Positions 1 through 8,867 of a DNA stretch of 64,000 nucleotides are shown here, in pieces. Origin of the DNA: an uncultured Nitrososphaerota archaeon (lineage in GTDB: Archaea > Thermoproteota > Nitrososphaeria > Nitrososphaerales > Gagatemarchaeaceae); assembly GCA_963703285.1 (NCBI GenBank), contig OY969807.1, positions 2,144,001-2,208,000 of the forward strand, in the 5' to 3' direction. A program made the position numbers and the translations under genes. Position 1 is the stretch's first letter. Every line of letters begins with the position of its first letter. The notes under the pieces were generated by a model. It saw nothing but the letters and a program-made list of their open reading frames with translations, was not told where the DNA came from and made no database searches.

Positions 1-145
1 AGTCCTTGAGGACCAGCCTCCTGCCGTCTCTCTCGCCGTACCCGGCCTGCTCGAGTTCGCCGAACCTCTCGCTATCCTCGACGGCCACCTTCCCGCCCCT
101 GAGCACGGCCTGCACGACCTCAGGCGCCTTCTCCTGGCTCTCCAA
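1..145 (-). CDS. endA: tRNA-splicing endonuclease subunit, N-terminal part (runs off window)
   Basis: Manual translation from TTG at 145: MESQEKAPEVVQAVLRGGKVAVEDSERFGELEQAGYGERDGRRLVLKD, resembling the L..xGYG....L.L N-terminus of archaeal EndA; only 48 aa visible. Confidence 0.55.
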   Translation of the reverse strand, partial: MESQEKAPEVVQAVLRGGKVAVEDSERFGELEQAGYGERDGRRLVLKD

Positions 146-233
146 GTCTCTGAGTGCCGCGCCCTCGGAGCGATATTAAGCGTTTCAGGAATCCGGGAAA
201 CCCTATTAGAAGCGGCGCGGCCTCCCCGACGGC

Positions 234-1280
234 TTGAGAGAGAACTTCTTCTCCCTCCGGACCGTGATGTGGGAGGAAGGCCGGGTGAGGATGATCGACC
301 AGACCGTGCTTCCCCGGCGCCTCGTCTACAGGTCCTTCGATTCCTGGGAGGGCGTCGCCGAAGCGATTCGGACGATGGTAGTCCGCGGCGCGCCTGCCAT
401 CGGCGTCGCGGCCGCGATGGGAGTGGCCCTCGCTGCATCCCGCTCCCGCTCGGGTAATCGCGCCGGGCTGCTGAGAGACCTGGAGCGCGCTGCCGAAGGG
501 CTGCGCAAGACGCGCCCCACGGCAGTGAACCTCTTCTGGGGGACCGACAGGGTCATGGATGCCGCCAGGGGCGCGGGCCGCAGCGTCGAGGTCGTCAAGG
601 GTGTCGTGATAGAGGAGGCGAAGAAGATGGCGGAGGAGGACGTCGAGGCGAACAAGAGGCTCGGCAGGTTCGGGGTCGGGCTCATCGACGAAGGGGACGT
701 CGTGATGACGCAGTGCAACGCGGGGGCGCTCGCCACGGTCGGCTACGGCACGGCCTTGGGCGTGCTCAGGGCGGCGAGGGAGGCCGGGAAGTGCGTGAAG
801 GTCGTCGTCAACGAGACGCGCCCCGCCCTCCAGGGCTCCAGGCTCACCGCCTTCGAGCTGGTCAGGGACGGCTTCCATTGCACGCTGATCTCCGATACGG
901 CGGTGGGCTCGATGATGAGCCGGGGGAGGGTCGACAAGGTCATCGTCGGAGCCGACAGGATCACCAAGGACGGCCACGTCTTCAACAAGATTGGGACGTA
1001 CCAGGTGGCTGTCCTGGCAGACAGGCACGCGATACCGTTCTACGTCGCTGCTCCTAGGTCGACCTTCGACCTGGAGAGGACCCACGACCAGGTGACAATA
1101 GAGGAGCGAAGCTACGACGAAGTGGTCAGGGTAAGGGGAAGGCGGATAGCTCCGAAGGGCGTGCCCGTCGCGAACCCGGCCTTCGACGAGACGCCTCCGG
1201 AGCTGGTCGCCGGGATCATCACCGACATGGGCGTCATAGGCCGTCCGGTAGACGTGAACCTTCGGTCGGTAATCGGCTGA
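234..1280 (+). CDS. mtnA: S-methyl-5-thioribose-1-phosphate isomerase (eIF-2B family)
   Basis: MVVRGAPAIG, RPTAVNL, CNAGALAT, ETRP.LQG.RLT, GADRI, NKIGTY, NPAFD motifs. Confidence 0.92.
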   Translation: MRENFFSLRTVMWEEGRVRMIDQTVLPRRLVYRSFDSWEGVAEAIRTMVVRGAPAIGVAAAMGVALAASRSRSGNRAGLLRDLERAAEGLRKTRPTAVNLFWGTDRVMDAARGAGRSVEVVKGVVIEEAKKMAEEDVEANKRLGRFGVGLIDEGDVVMTQCNAGALATVGYGTALGVLRAAREAGKCVKVVVNETRPALQGSRLTAFELVRDGFHCTLISDTAVGSMMSRGRVDKVIVGADRITKDGHVFNKIGTYQVAVLADRHAIPFYVAAPRSTFDLERTHDQVTIEERSYDEVVRVRGRRIAPKGVPVANPAFDETPPELVAGIITDMGVIGRPVDVNLRSVIG

Positions 1281-1311
1281 TGCGGTCCGTCTTGGTTGTT
1301 CATTCGGCCCG

Positions 1312-1761
1312 GTGGCCGAGCCTGACCAATCCGATGGATGCGTGCCTCTTGCTGAGGACGGAGGGTGCGGGCGTCAGAGCATCAGGCCCCGAAATTCGGC
1401 CTCCTTGATGAGAATATCCTCCGATTTTGTGAGGGAAGTCGACTCGGCCAAACTCGGCGTCCTGATTGACAGTGGCCATGCCGCCATCTCACGCGAAGGA
1501 CTATTGGAAGCCGCCGTCTCCTCGCGCGGCAGGATTGCCCACGTGCATCTTAACAACAACGACGGCTGCCGCGACCTTCACTGGCCTCCTCAAAGGGGGA
1601 AGTTGACCAGGCGAGACTTCAGTGAATTCATGCGCGAACTTGAGAGACAGGGCTATCGCGGAAGGATCTCGGTAGAGTTGACGAAGCCGGGACGCATAGC
1701 GAGAGCCCTTGTGTCGTCCCGTCTCTTCTTCGACGATCTGATTGATGGAGGCCAGTCCTGA
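1312..1761 (+). pseudogene. C-terminal fragment of a sugar-phosphate isomerase/epimerase (AP-endonuclease-2 TIM barrel)
   Basis: DSGH, HVHLNNN..RDLH.P..G and GYRGRISVE motifs present; N-terminal half absent. Confidence 0.55.
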
Positions 1762-1846
1762 TTCCGGAGGGCGGAACAGGTGTTGTTTTATCCCGGCTCT
1801 ATTCAGCGGGCTGCTGGGCCCGTAGCCTAGTACGGATAGGGCATCA

Positions 1847-1862
1847 ACAGTACGCGGTGCAA
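1847..1862 (+). other. non-canonical tRNA intron at position 29/30 (16 nt)
   Basis: Central helix GCAT/GTGC, cut sites CA^A and AA^G, outer helix AGG/CCT. Confidence 0.85.
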
Positions 1863-1870
1863 GCCTTCGG

Positions 1871-1886
1871 TACCCTCTGCGGAGAA
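1871..1886 (+). other. canonical tRNA intron at position 37/38 (16 nt)
   Basis: Central helix CTTC/GGAG, cut sites GG^T and AA^A. Confidence 0.88.
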
Positions 1887-1966
1887 AGCTGAGGGTCGCG
1901 GGTTCAAATCCTGCCGGGCCCGCCAAAACACCCAGAATTAGACTGTGCACACGCTGCAGTCGACCG

Positions 1967-2776
1967 TCACAGGCTGAGTCCCCGTCTCGACCTTACTGTC
2001 TGCTCGAGTTTGAAGAAGACCAGCTTGTCCACGAGCAACCCTATCAAAAATATGGCTATCATGGCCGCTATTATCTCGTCCATCCGGTCGAACTCGCTGC
2101 CCAGCTCTAGTATCGCACCCAAGCCTATCGTCGTCATGAGTATCTCGGCACCGATTAGCGCGTGCCAAGAGAAAGACCAAGCCTGCCTCAGGCCCACGAT
2201 GAACGAAGGCATCGCGGCGGGTAGCATGACGTTTCTGAGTAGAGACACCCTCTTCGCACCCATGTTCTTCGCTGCCTTCGTGTAGATCGGAGGGATGTTC
2301 CTGATCCCGGAGTAGGTCGTAAGCATGATAGAGAAGACCGAGCTGATGACCATCACGAAGATCACCCCCCAGTCGGTCAGCCCGATGAACACGATCGCAA
2401 AGGGGACCCAGGCGATGCTGGGAAACGACTGCAAACCGAGCGCGAAGGAGCTCATGGTCCGTCCGAAGCGCTTGAAGGTCACCATAGCCAGTCCGACCAG
2501 GACCCCCAGGACTATGGCTATGCCAAAGCCGGCGATGAGCCTGTACCCCGTCGTGAAGAGGGCCTGCTGTAAGACCCCGGTCCTCGTCAGCAACACGAAC
2601 TCGTTCAGGACCATGTCAGGAGAGGGAAGAAGGAAGTAGGGGTAGAACTTTAACTCGAAGACTATCTGCCAGGCTATCACGAAGACGGCGAGGCCGATTA
2701 CGATGTCCAGGACGCCGGTGTAGTCGTACCGCTTCGTCTTGGCGCTACTCTTGTTGGTTGTCTGAGTCTCCTGCAT
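1967..2776 (-). CDS. ssuC: ABC transporter permease, sulfonate/nitrate/taurine family
   Basis: Hydrophobic; LQSFPSIAWVP, EAA-like AAKNMGA, LIGAEI. Confidence 0.8.
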   Translation of the reverse strand: MQETQTTNKSSAKTKRYDYTGVLDIVIGLAVFVIAWQIVFELKFYPYFLLPSPDMVLNEFVLLTRTGVLQQALFTTGYRLIAGFGIAIVLGVLVGLAMVTFKRFGRTMSSFALGLQSFPSIAWVPFAIVFIGLTDWGVIFVMVISSVFSIMLTTYSGIRNIPPIYTKAAKNMGAKRVSLLRNVMLPAAMPSFIVGLRQAWSFSWHALIGAEILMTTIGLGAILELGSEFDRMDEIIAAMIAIFLIGLLVDKLVFFKLEQTVRSRRGLSL

Positions 2777-3596
2777 TCCACGTCTCCTCCTTTAGTCCTC
2801 TCATGATCGCCGTGATGACTCCGTGGAGAGCCGGATCCTCTGACCGCCTCGGCCTGGGAAAGTCTACTACGAACTGCTGCTTTATCTTTGCCGGGCCGTG
2901 CGTGAAGAGAATCACCCTGTCCCCCAATGAGACCGCCTCCCTCACGTCGTGGGTGACGAAGATGATCGTCTTCCTGGTCCGCTCGTGGATGACCTGTATC
3001 TGTCTCTGGAGGTCGTCCCGGGTCTTTGCATCGAGGGCGCCGAAGGGCTCGTCCATCAATAGGATCCGCGGGTTTAGCGCCAGACCCCTTGCGATGGCGA
3101 CCCTCTGCTTCATGCCCCCGGAGAGCTGATGTATGTACGAACCGGCGAAGGGGGTCAGCCCGACCAGCTCTATGTACTCCCCCGCTATCTTTTGGCGTTC
3201 CTCGGGGGCGATGCCCTTCTCCTTCAGACCGAACTCCACGTTCCCTCTCACGTCGAGCCACGGAAAGAGGGCGTCCTCCTGGAAGATCATGACAATGTCC
3301 GGGCCAGACGACTTTACCCTGTGCCCGTTCACGATGACATCTCCTGCCTCGTATGGTTCGAGCCCAGCGATGATGTTCAGCAGCGTGGTCTTGCCGCAGC
3401 CGGACGGTCCGACGACGGTGAGGAACTCGCCCTCGCCGACGTCGAAGCTGATGTCGTCCAGGACTACGAGGCCTGAGTTTTCCTCGCCCCCGTGGCCCGG
3501 ATACACCTTCCTAAGTTTTTCGACCTGAAGTATTCTGTTATTCTGGACAGCGCGCATGTGGCTGCCAAGGTCGAAGGTCTCCGCGTCTGTCTTCAT
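2745..3596 (-). CDS. ssuB: ABC transporter ATP-binding subunit, sulfonate/nitrate/taurine family
   Basis: GPSGCGKT, FQEDALFPWL, LSGGMKQR, LLMDEPFGALD. Confidence 0.85.
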   Translation of the reverse strand: MKTDAETFDLGSHMRAVQNNRILQVEKLRKVYPGHGGEENSGLVVLDDISFDVGEGEFLTVVGPSGCGKTTLLNIIAGLEPYEAGDVIVNGHRVKSSGPDIVMIFQEDALFPWLDVRGNVEFGLKEKGIAPEERQKIAGEYIELVGLTPFAGSYIHQLSGGMKQRVAIARGLALNPRILLMDEPFGALDAKTRDDLQRQIQVIHERTRKTIIFVTHDVREAVSLGDRVILFTHGPAKIKQQFVVDFPRPRRSEDPALHGVITAIMRGLKEETWNAGDSDNQQE

Positions 3597-3608
3597 TTCA
3601 ACCGGACT

Positions 3609-4745
3609 CTAGTTGGTTACCATCGGAAGACCATCGGCTATCAACACGCTGTTCAGAATTGAGAGGTCGAAGATGTTGGGTAGGTCTCCCGGGGGTGACG
3701 TCAGGAAGCCCAACGAGTACTCGTAGGAGGCCTGTTGTGTTACTGTGGACTCGAGAGGATCATAGGTGAACTGGAGCGTCGTCAGTGCCGCTGCCAGCAC
3801 GCTCGCGTTCAGGGGCGCGCCGGTCAGTACAGCGTATTGGGCGTTGAACGCCGCGGCAGCTGCGGTCAGGTTGTCGTTGATCTGGATGGTCTCTGCCACC
3901 TCGGCTGCCACTATCTCCCTTACCACATCCGGGTGCTCCTGCAGGAAGCTTGTCCTCACCACCAGTATGGCGGTCGAGAACTGCCCGTTCAGCCACAGAC
4001 TCTGCTCGTTGAGAAAGAGCTTTCCCCCGTCGGCCAGGAGAATCGCAGCGTAAGGCTGTGGCACCCAGGCTCCACCGATCTTTCCGGTCACGAAGAGGCT
4101 GACAATGTTCGCGTTCGACGTGTCCACTACTGTGACGTTCCCGCCCTGGCTGGTGGTATTGTAGCCGTTCACTTGCAGGTAGTGCCTCAGCGCGACGTCC
4201 TGGGTGTTGCCGAGTTGCGGCGCAGCGAATGTCTTTCCACCGAGGTCCTTCACGTCGCCGGGGGTTATCTCCGAACCGCTCGTTACCACGAACTCCGCGC
4301 CCCCGCTCGATGCGCCCGCCAGGATCTCCAGTCCCGTCCCGTTCGATGCTATGTACGCGTTGACTGCCGGGTCTGGCCCCACGAAGGCCATGTCGAGTTT
4401 GCCGGCCAGGAGCGCTGTCATCTCGGTGGGGCCTGCGGAGAAGACCTGCGTCTCAATCTTGGTCGAGGGCCCCACGAAGCTCTGGAATTCACCGTTGGCG
4501 AGCCCGATTACCGCCTGCGCGTGGTTGAGGTTCGCATAGTATCCGATGTTGACGACACTCGCGGAGTTGATTGTCGGCGTGCTGGCTGCTGTGGTCGTGG
4601 CAGTGGTCGTTGAGACCGAGGTGGTCGTAACCGTGCTAGTCTCATTCCCGGTTGAAAGGGCGTACGCTGCAACGCCTCCTATCGCTACGAATACGACAAC
4701 GAGGAGCGCGGCAACAACAGTACCGATCCCCGAACTTGCCTTCAT
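3609..4745 (-). CDS. ssuA: ABC transporter substrate-binding protein, SsuA-like, with N-terminal membrane anchor and Thr-rich linker
   Basis: GYYANLNHAQA, FSAGP, FVGPDP, PQLGNTQDVALR, WVPQPY. Confidence 0.75.
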   Translation of the reverse strand: MKASSGIGTVVAALLVVVFVAIGGVAAYALSTGNETSTVTTTSVSTTTATTTAASTPTINSASVVNIGYYANLNHAQAVIGLANGEFQSFVGPSTKIETQVFSAGPTEMTALLAGKLDMAFVGPDPAVNAYIASNGTGLEILAGASSGGAEFVVTSGSEITPGDVKDLGGKTFAAPQLGNTQDVALRHYLQVNGYNTTSQGGNVTVVDTSNANIVSLFVTGKIGGAWVPQPYAAILLADGGKLFLNEQSLWLNGQFSTAILVVRTSFLQEHPDVVREIVAAEVAETIQINDNLTAAAAAFNAQYAVLTGAPLNASVLAAALTTLQFTYDPLESTVTQQASYEYSLGFLTSPPGDLPNIFDLSILNSVLIADGLPMVTN

Positions 4746-4851
4746 GGTCTATAGACCAATAATTACAGGTAATTAAACCTCGATGGAGGATGAGCTGGCC
4801 TTGTGCTACGGCCTCCAACCCCACGCCTCAAAGCGAGGGCTCAATTCTGAT

Positions 4852-4876
4852 GGTTCAAATCCTGCCGGGCCCGCCA
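4852..4876 (+). repeat. att site: perfect 25-bp copy of tRNA-Arg 3' end
   Basis: GGTTCAAATCCTGCCGGGCCCGCCA identical to 1901-1925. Confidence 0.95.
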
Positions 4877-4925
4877 CTACTTAGTTCCGAATACCTTATC
4901 TACCGCCCCGCCGCACCTGTCATTC

Positions 4926-6248
4926 GTGCCGAGACGAGGGAAAAGCGCAAAGTATCACGAAATGATGAACGACCCTGACGTTGTCCGCTGGCTCAAGAAC
5001 ATAGAGCGGGGCAGTCGGAACACAGCCGAGGTGTCATACAGGCGGCTCGGCAAGGCCTCTGAGCTGCTCGATATGGCGCCCAAGGAGATGGTCAGCAACG
5101 CGAGGCAGGACCTGAGCGGCTTCGAGGACCGCCTGGAGGATTTGGTCGCTTCGCTTGAGGGGCAGGGAAAGGCACCAGGGTACATAACCGGGATTCTCAA
5201 GAACGTCAAGTCGTGGCTGCGCCGCAACAACGTCACCCTGACGCGGAGGATCAAGATAAGCAACTCGTCGGCTACGCCTACGATTGAAGACGAACAGGTT
5301 CCGACGCAGGATGAGATGTCGAAGATACTGAGGAACTCCACGAGCCGCGTCAGAGCTGCCGAAGCGCTGATCGCGTTCGCAGGGCTGCGGCCCGAAAGCA
5401 TCGGGAACGACGATGGCAGCGACGGGCTGATGGTCTCCGACCTCCCCGACCTAAAAATCACAGACGGGGAGGTAAAGTTCGAAAAGGTTCCTGCAATGGT
5501 AGTCGTCAGGGCGCCCGTCAGCAAGACGAGACGCAGATACTTCAGCTTCCTCATCGGGGAGGGCTGCAACTACCTCAAGGAATACCTGGAGGAGAGACTC
5601 CGGTCAGGCGAGAAATTGGAGCCTCAGAGCCCGCTTATCGCGCACGAGAGGGGAGAGGGTTCCCACGGAAAGTTTCTCGTCACCAGGGCGGTGAGCGAGC
5701 TCATCAGGGACTCGATGAGGAGGGCGGGCGTCTTCAAGCGGCCCTACGTTCTCAGGTCGTACTTCGACACGAACCTCATAATCGCAGAGTCCAAGAGAGA
5801 GATCAGCCACCCGTACCTGCAGTTCCACGCCGGACACACGGGCGATATCGAAGCAACCTACTCAACAAACAAGGGAAGGCTGCCACCCAAGATGGTTGAA
5901 GGTATGAGGAAGGCTTTCAGCGATTGCGAGCCGTATCTGTCGACCCTTGTTCAGCCTCTACAGGAGATGCCACTGATCAAGGAGGCTCAGATTCAGGCCA
6001 TTCGGAGCATCGCGAAGAACATGTTTGGGATGGACCTTCTCGAGGTGAAGGTTGCGAAGGAGAAGGAAGAGAACAGGGAGCTCACCCAAGACGAGACCAT
6101 CGAACTGTTCGAGAACGAAATGAAGAAAGTTCGAGAGAAGGAAGACCCGCAAACAAGCGTAACGGAGGCAGAACTCGACTCGTATCTCAAAGACGGGTGG
6201 CAATTCGTGAGCGTTCTGCCGTCTCAGAGGATACTGATCAAGAAATAG
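4926..6248 (+). CDS. tyrosine recombinase/integrase
   Basis: AFAGLRPE (R), VSKT (K), PYVLRSYF (YxxR), AGH...ATY (H, Y); next to att site. Confidence 0.9.
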   Translation: MPRRGKSAKYHEMMNDPDVVRWLKNIERGSRNTAEVSYRRLGKASELLDMAPKEMVSNARQDLSGFEDRLEDLVASLEGQGKAPGYITGILKNVKSWLRRNNVTLTRRIKISNSSATPTIEDEQVPTQDEMSKILRNSTSRVRAAEALIAFAGLRPESIGNDDGSDGLMVSDLPDLKITDGEVKFEKVPAMVVVRAPVSKTRRRYFSFLIGEGCNYLKEYLEERLRSGEKLEPQSPLIAHERGEGSHGKFLVTRAVSELIRDSMRRAGVFKRPYVLRSYFDTNLIIAESKREISHPYLQFHAGHTGDIEATYSTNKGRLPPKMVEGMRKAFSDCEPYLSTLVQPLQEMPLIKEAQIQAIRSIAKNMFGMDLLEVKVAKEKEENRELTQDETIELFENEMKKVREKEDPQTSVTEAELDSYLKDGWQFVSVLPSQRILIKK

Positions 6249-6361
6249 GTTCCTCTATATCCGTCCCCAACTCATGCCGAATACGTGTCAGGAAGGTTGT
6301 GCGCTCATGAAGCCGCTCGAGAGGTGGGCTACTCGCGTTAGAACGGAATGCCAAAGTTCAG

Positions 6362-7552
6362 CTAATATTGGGCTGGACCCCGCCCGTTAGCCTCGCGTGA
6401 GGCTAACGGCAAAGCGCCCATCCCCGTCCATCGCTGGAACGCTTTCTGCCCCTTCTCCGTGACAAAGTACCACTCGTTGTTCTCCGATAAGTAGCCCCGG
6501 TCAACGAGTTCGTTCAAGTATCTCCGCGTCTGCCGCCGCGAGGATCCCATGGCCGCCGCGACCGCGGGGTTCGTGTGCAGGCCCCGATCGTGGATTACGC
6601 TCAGCACGAGGACCATCCTCCTCTTGAAGACAGGAGACGGTCCGGCTGTCCTGGGCCGTCTTCGGTCCCTTATTCCCTCCTCCTCGTTGCCGGCCTCCCC
6701 CGCCCGGTCTGCGCCCGGTCTCCCCTCTCCAGGAGTCTCCGTCCGGAACCCGGCGCCGTTCCCAGCGCCCTGCGCCGCCACCGCCTCACCTTCGGCCTTC
6801 TCCCCGCGTGACAGGTTGCGAACCCCGTCAGACAGGATGATGAGAGATTTCCGCTCCTCGGAAGAAGAGTAGTGCCTGCGGAATGAACCCAATGTCCTCA
6901 GCGACGGGTGTTCGGAGAAATCTGCCATATCCGTTGTGTTGTCCATGCATAGCTCGAAGACGTAGCTGTAAAACTGGTGATCGCTCAGGCTGCAGAAAGC
7001 GTCGTTGAAGAAGCTTCTCCTAGGACTACAAAGAAGTTGCGTGAGGTCATCGAGAAAAGCGGACCCGCCTTTATGATTAAGAATGTGGATTATTCGCTTC
7101 TTGTAGTACAGCTTCATGTATCCGTGTGCCCTGGAACCTACCAGGAACCTGAATCCCCTCTCAGCTTCGCACGACATAGCCCATTCGGTGAGCTTATGCG
7201 TGGGCGAGTACGCTGTTATAACCTGCTTCTCAACGAGTTCATCCAGGTACCTTTCAATGGTCCTGTCGCTCATACCAAGGTGGGGCAGGCCCCGCCCCGA
7301 CGCGAGAGATTGGACTATCAGTTCCATATTCTGGATCTTCTTCCTCCTCCTCGTCAGTACGCGATTGGGCAAATTTGTGAACTTACGGCGTACGTAACAC
7401 CAGCGAACTCTCCATCCTTCTGGAGTCTTGACGTGATGGGCGTACTTGACTTGCACATACTTCCTGCGTCCCCTCTTCGTCCACGTCTTGTAAGCCGTCC
7501 CAGGTTGTCCACATTTTGGGCATCGTGGCGCCCATCCTTCCAATCTTGGCAA
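6362..7552 (-). CDS. zinc-finger plus winged-helix DNA-binding protein
   Basis: N-terminal CPKC...HH...WCY; wHTH-like LGMSDRTIERYLDEL and MGSSRRQTRRYLNELVDRGY..VTEKG. Confidence 0.6.
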   Translation of the reverse strand: MPRLEGWAPRCPKCGQPGTAYKTWTKRGRRKYVQVKYAHHVKTPEGWRVRWCYVRRKFTNLPNRVLTRRRKKIQNMELIVQSLASGRGLPHLGMSDRTIERYLDELVEKQVITAYSPTHKLTEWAMSCEAERGFRFLVGSRAHGYMKLYYKKRIIHILNHKGGSAFLDDLTQLLCSPRRSFFNDAFCSLSDHQFYSYVFELCMDNTTDMADFSEHPSLRTLGSFRRHYSSSEERKSLIILSDGVRNLSRGEKAEGEAVAAQGAGNGAGFRTETPGEGRPGADRAGEAGNEEEGIRDRRRPRTAGPSPVFKRRMVLVLSVIHDRGLHTNPAVAAAMGSSRRQTRRYLNELVDRGYLSENNEWYFVTEKGQKAFQRWTGMGALPLASREANGRGPAQY

Positions 7553-7603
7553 ACCTTCCGAACACTGCGAAGCCCGTTATAAAGGGCCTGCATCCGTCAT
7601 TGC

Positions 7604-7981
7604 ATGGACGTCGAGAACGGTCTGCTCGTCCACCCGCGAAGCGTCAGCACTAAACCAGGGGACGCAGCCCGTTTCATCTGCCAATTCGAGAAACTCAAGC
7701 AGCGCTTTCCCATCGCGTCAAGTCTGGCCGCTGAGTGGGTTCCTGACGAAACCCGAGGGGTAGCGGGCGAGGTAAAAGGTGGGACCATCTATGTCTATGA
7801 TGAGGACGTATCCTCAGCGATTCGGACACTTGCGCATGAGGTCCTGGACTACGTCGTTTCTCAAGCGATCGAGCCCTACAAGCAGGTAATCAACGCCCTG
7901 GTTCGGTTGTTGAACGACCGGGCCTACTCGAGCAAGGAACGCGTGGTCGAGAGCATAGTCGCAGCGCTGGACTTGGAGTGA
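7604..7981 (+). CDS. small zincin-like hypothetical protein (HExxD)
   Basis: GEVKGGTIYVY...TLAHEVLDY; TATA-like TTATAAAG at ~7577. Confidence 0.55.
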   Translation: MDVENGLLVHPRSVSTKPGDAARFICQFEKLKQRFPIASSLAAEWVPDETRGVAGEVKGGTIYVYDEDVSSAIRTLAHEVLDYVVSQAIEPYKQVINALVRLLNDRAYSSKERVVESIVAALDLE

Positions 7982-8078
7982 GCGAGGCGGGAGCCAAATG
8001 CTATCGAGTTGCTTTCGCAAGTTACCTAACCCGCATGCGATGCTGACAGCCAAGCAACTTTAGACCGATGATCAATCG

Positions 8079-8867
8079 ATGGGCTCCGGAAAAGAAAAGA
8101 AAGAAGGGCCGGGATCCCCGGACGTGGTGAGGCTCCTCGGGAAGCTGAGGGATGAGCCGCTGTATACGGGCCTCCCCTCACCCGAGGTGCAGGAGCTGGC
8201 CGAGCAGGTAGTCGTCCTCAGATGGGAGGGGAAGGGCTACATGGGCATCGCCATCGAGCTCGGCTACCCCCCGCGCTCGCAGGAGTTCGACCAGGCTTGG
8301 CGCGCGACGTCCTTCGTCGAGGCCGACATGAGGGCAGCTGGGAGGGAGGCCCCTTACAGGCCGGACCCCGAGCGGCAGAGGAGGTACAGGGAGAGGGTGG
8401 CCGCCGAGGCACGGATGCACAGGAGTTGGGACCGCGATCTCATCGTCGTCAAGATGTGGAAGAAGGAGGGCCGCTGCGAGCTCTGCGGCCGCCCGAGGGA
8501 CCACGAGCACCCCCCGCCGCCGCCTCCCTGGTGGACGACCCTGGTGAGGAAGCCTGACACCTGTCCCGTGTGCGGGAAGGAGCTGACGAAGGGCGGCGCG
8601 CTCGGAGGAGGCACCGGCCGGCTCTACTGCCCGGAGCACACGCCGCACATGCTCGACGACCGCTGGAAGAAGGTGGAGCAGGAGCTGGAGCAGCTCGAGA
8701 AGGAGATAGATGAGGCGGGGAGGAGATTCCACGAGGGAAAGGAGAAGGAGAAGGCAGCAGCAGGCGGGGAGAAGGAGGAGGAAGAAGAAGAGAACGAAGA
8801 GGAAGACGAAGAGGAGGAGCTACAGAGGGAGGGCGAGGCCGTGGACTACCGGAGAGGAAGGCGATGA
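8079..8867 (+). CDS. hypothetical zinc-finger protein with coiled-coil and acidic tail
   Basis: CELC..H, CPVC...CPEH, poly-Glu C-terminus; strong GC3 bias. Confidence 0.65.
   Translation: MGSGKEKKEGPGSPDVVRLLGKLRDEPLYTGLPSPEVQELAEQVVVLRWEGKGYMGIAIELGYPPRSQEFDQAWRATSFVEADMRAAGREAPYRPDPERQRRYRERVAAEARMHRSWDRDLIVVKMWKKEGRCELCGRPRDHEHPPPPPPWWTTLVRKPDTCPVCGKELTKGGALGGGTGRLYCPEHTPHMLDDRWKKVEQELEQLEKEIDEAGRRFHEGKEKEKAAAGGEKEEEEEENEEEDEEEELQREGEAVDYRRGRR

Larger units (their letters stand above)
1816..1925 (+). tRNA. tRNA-Arg(TCG) with two introns (29/30 and 37/38), CCA encoded
   Basis: Acceptor GGGCCCG/CGGGCCC, T arm GCGGG-TTCAAAT-CCTGC; removing 1847-1862 and 1871-1886 gives anticodon arm TCAGC-CTTCGGA-GCTGA, anticodon at 1867-1869. 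Confidence 0.92.
1926..4876. mobile_element. att-bounded ~3 kb cassette (ABC importer only, no integrase)
   Basis: Lies between tRNA 3' end 1901-1925 and an identical 25-bp copy at 4852-4876. Confidence 0.7.
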
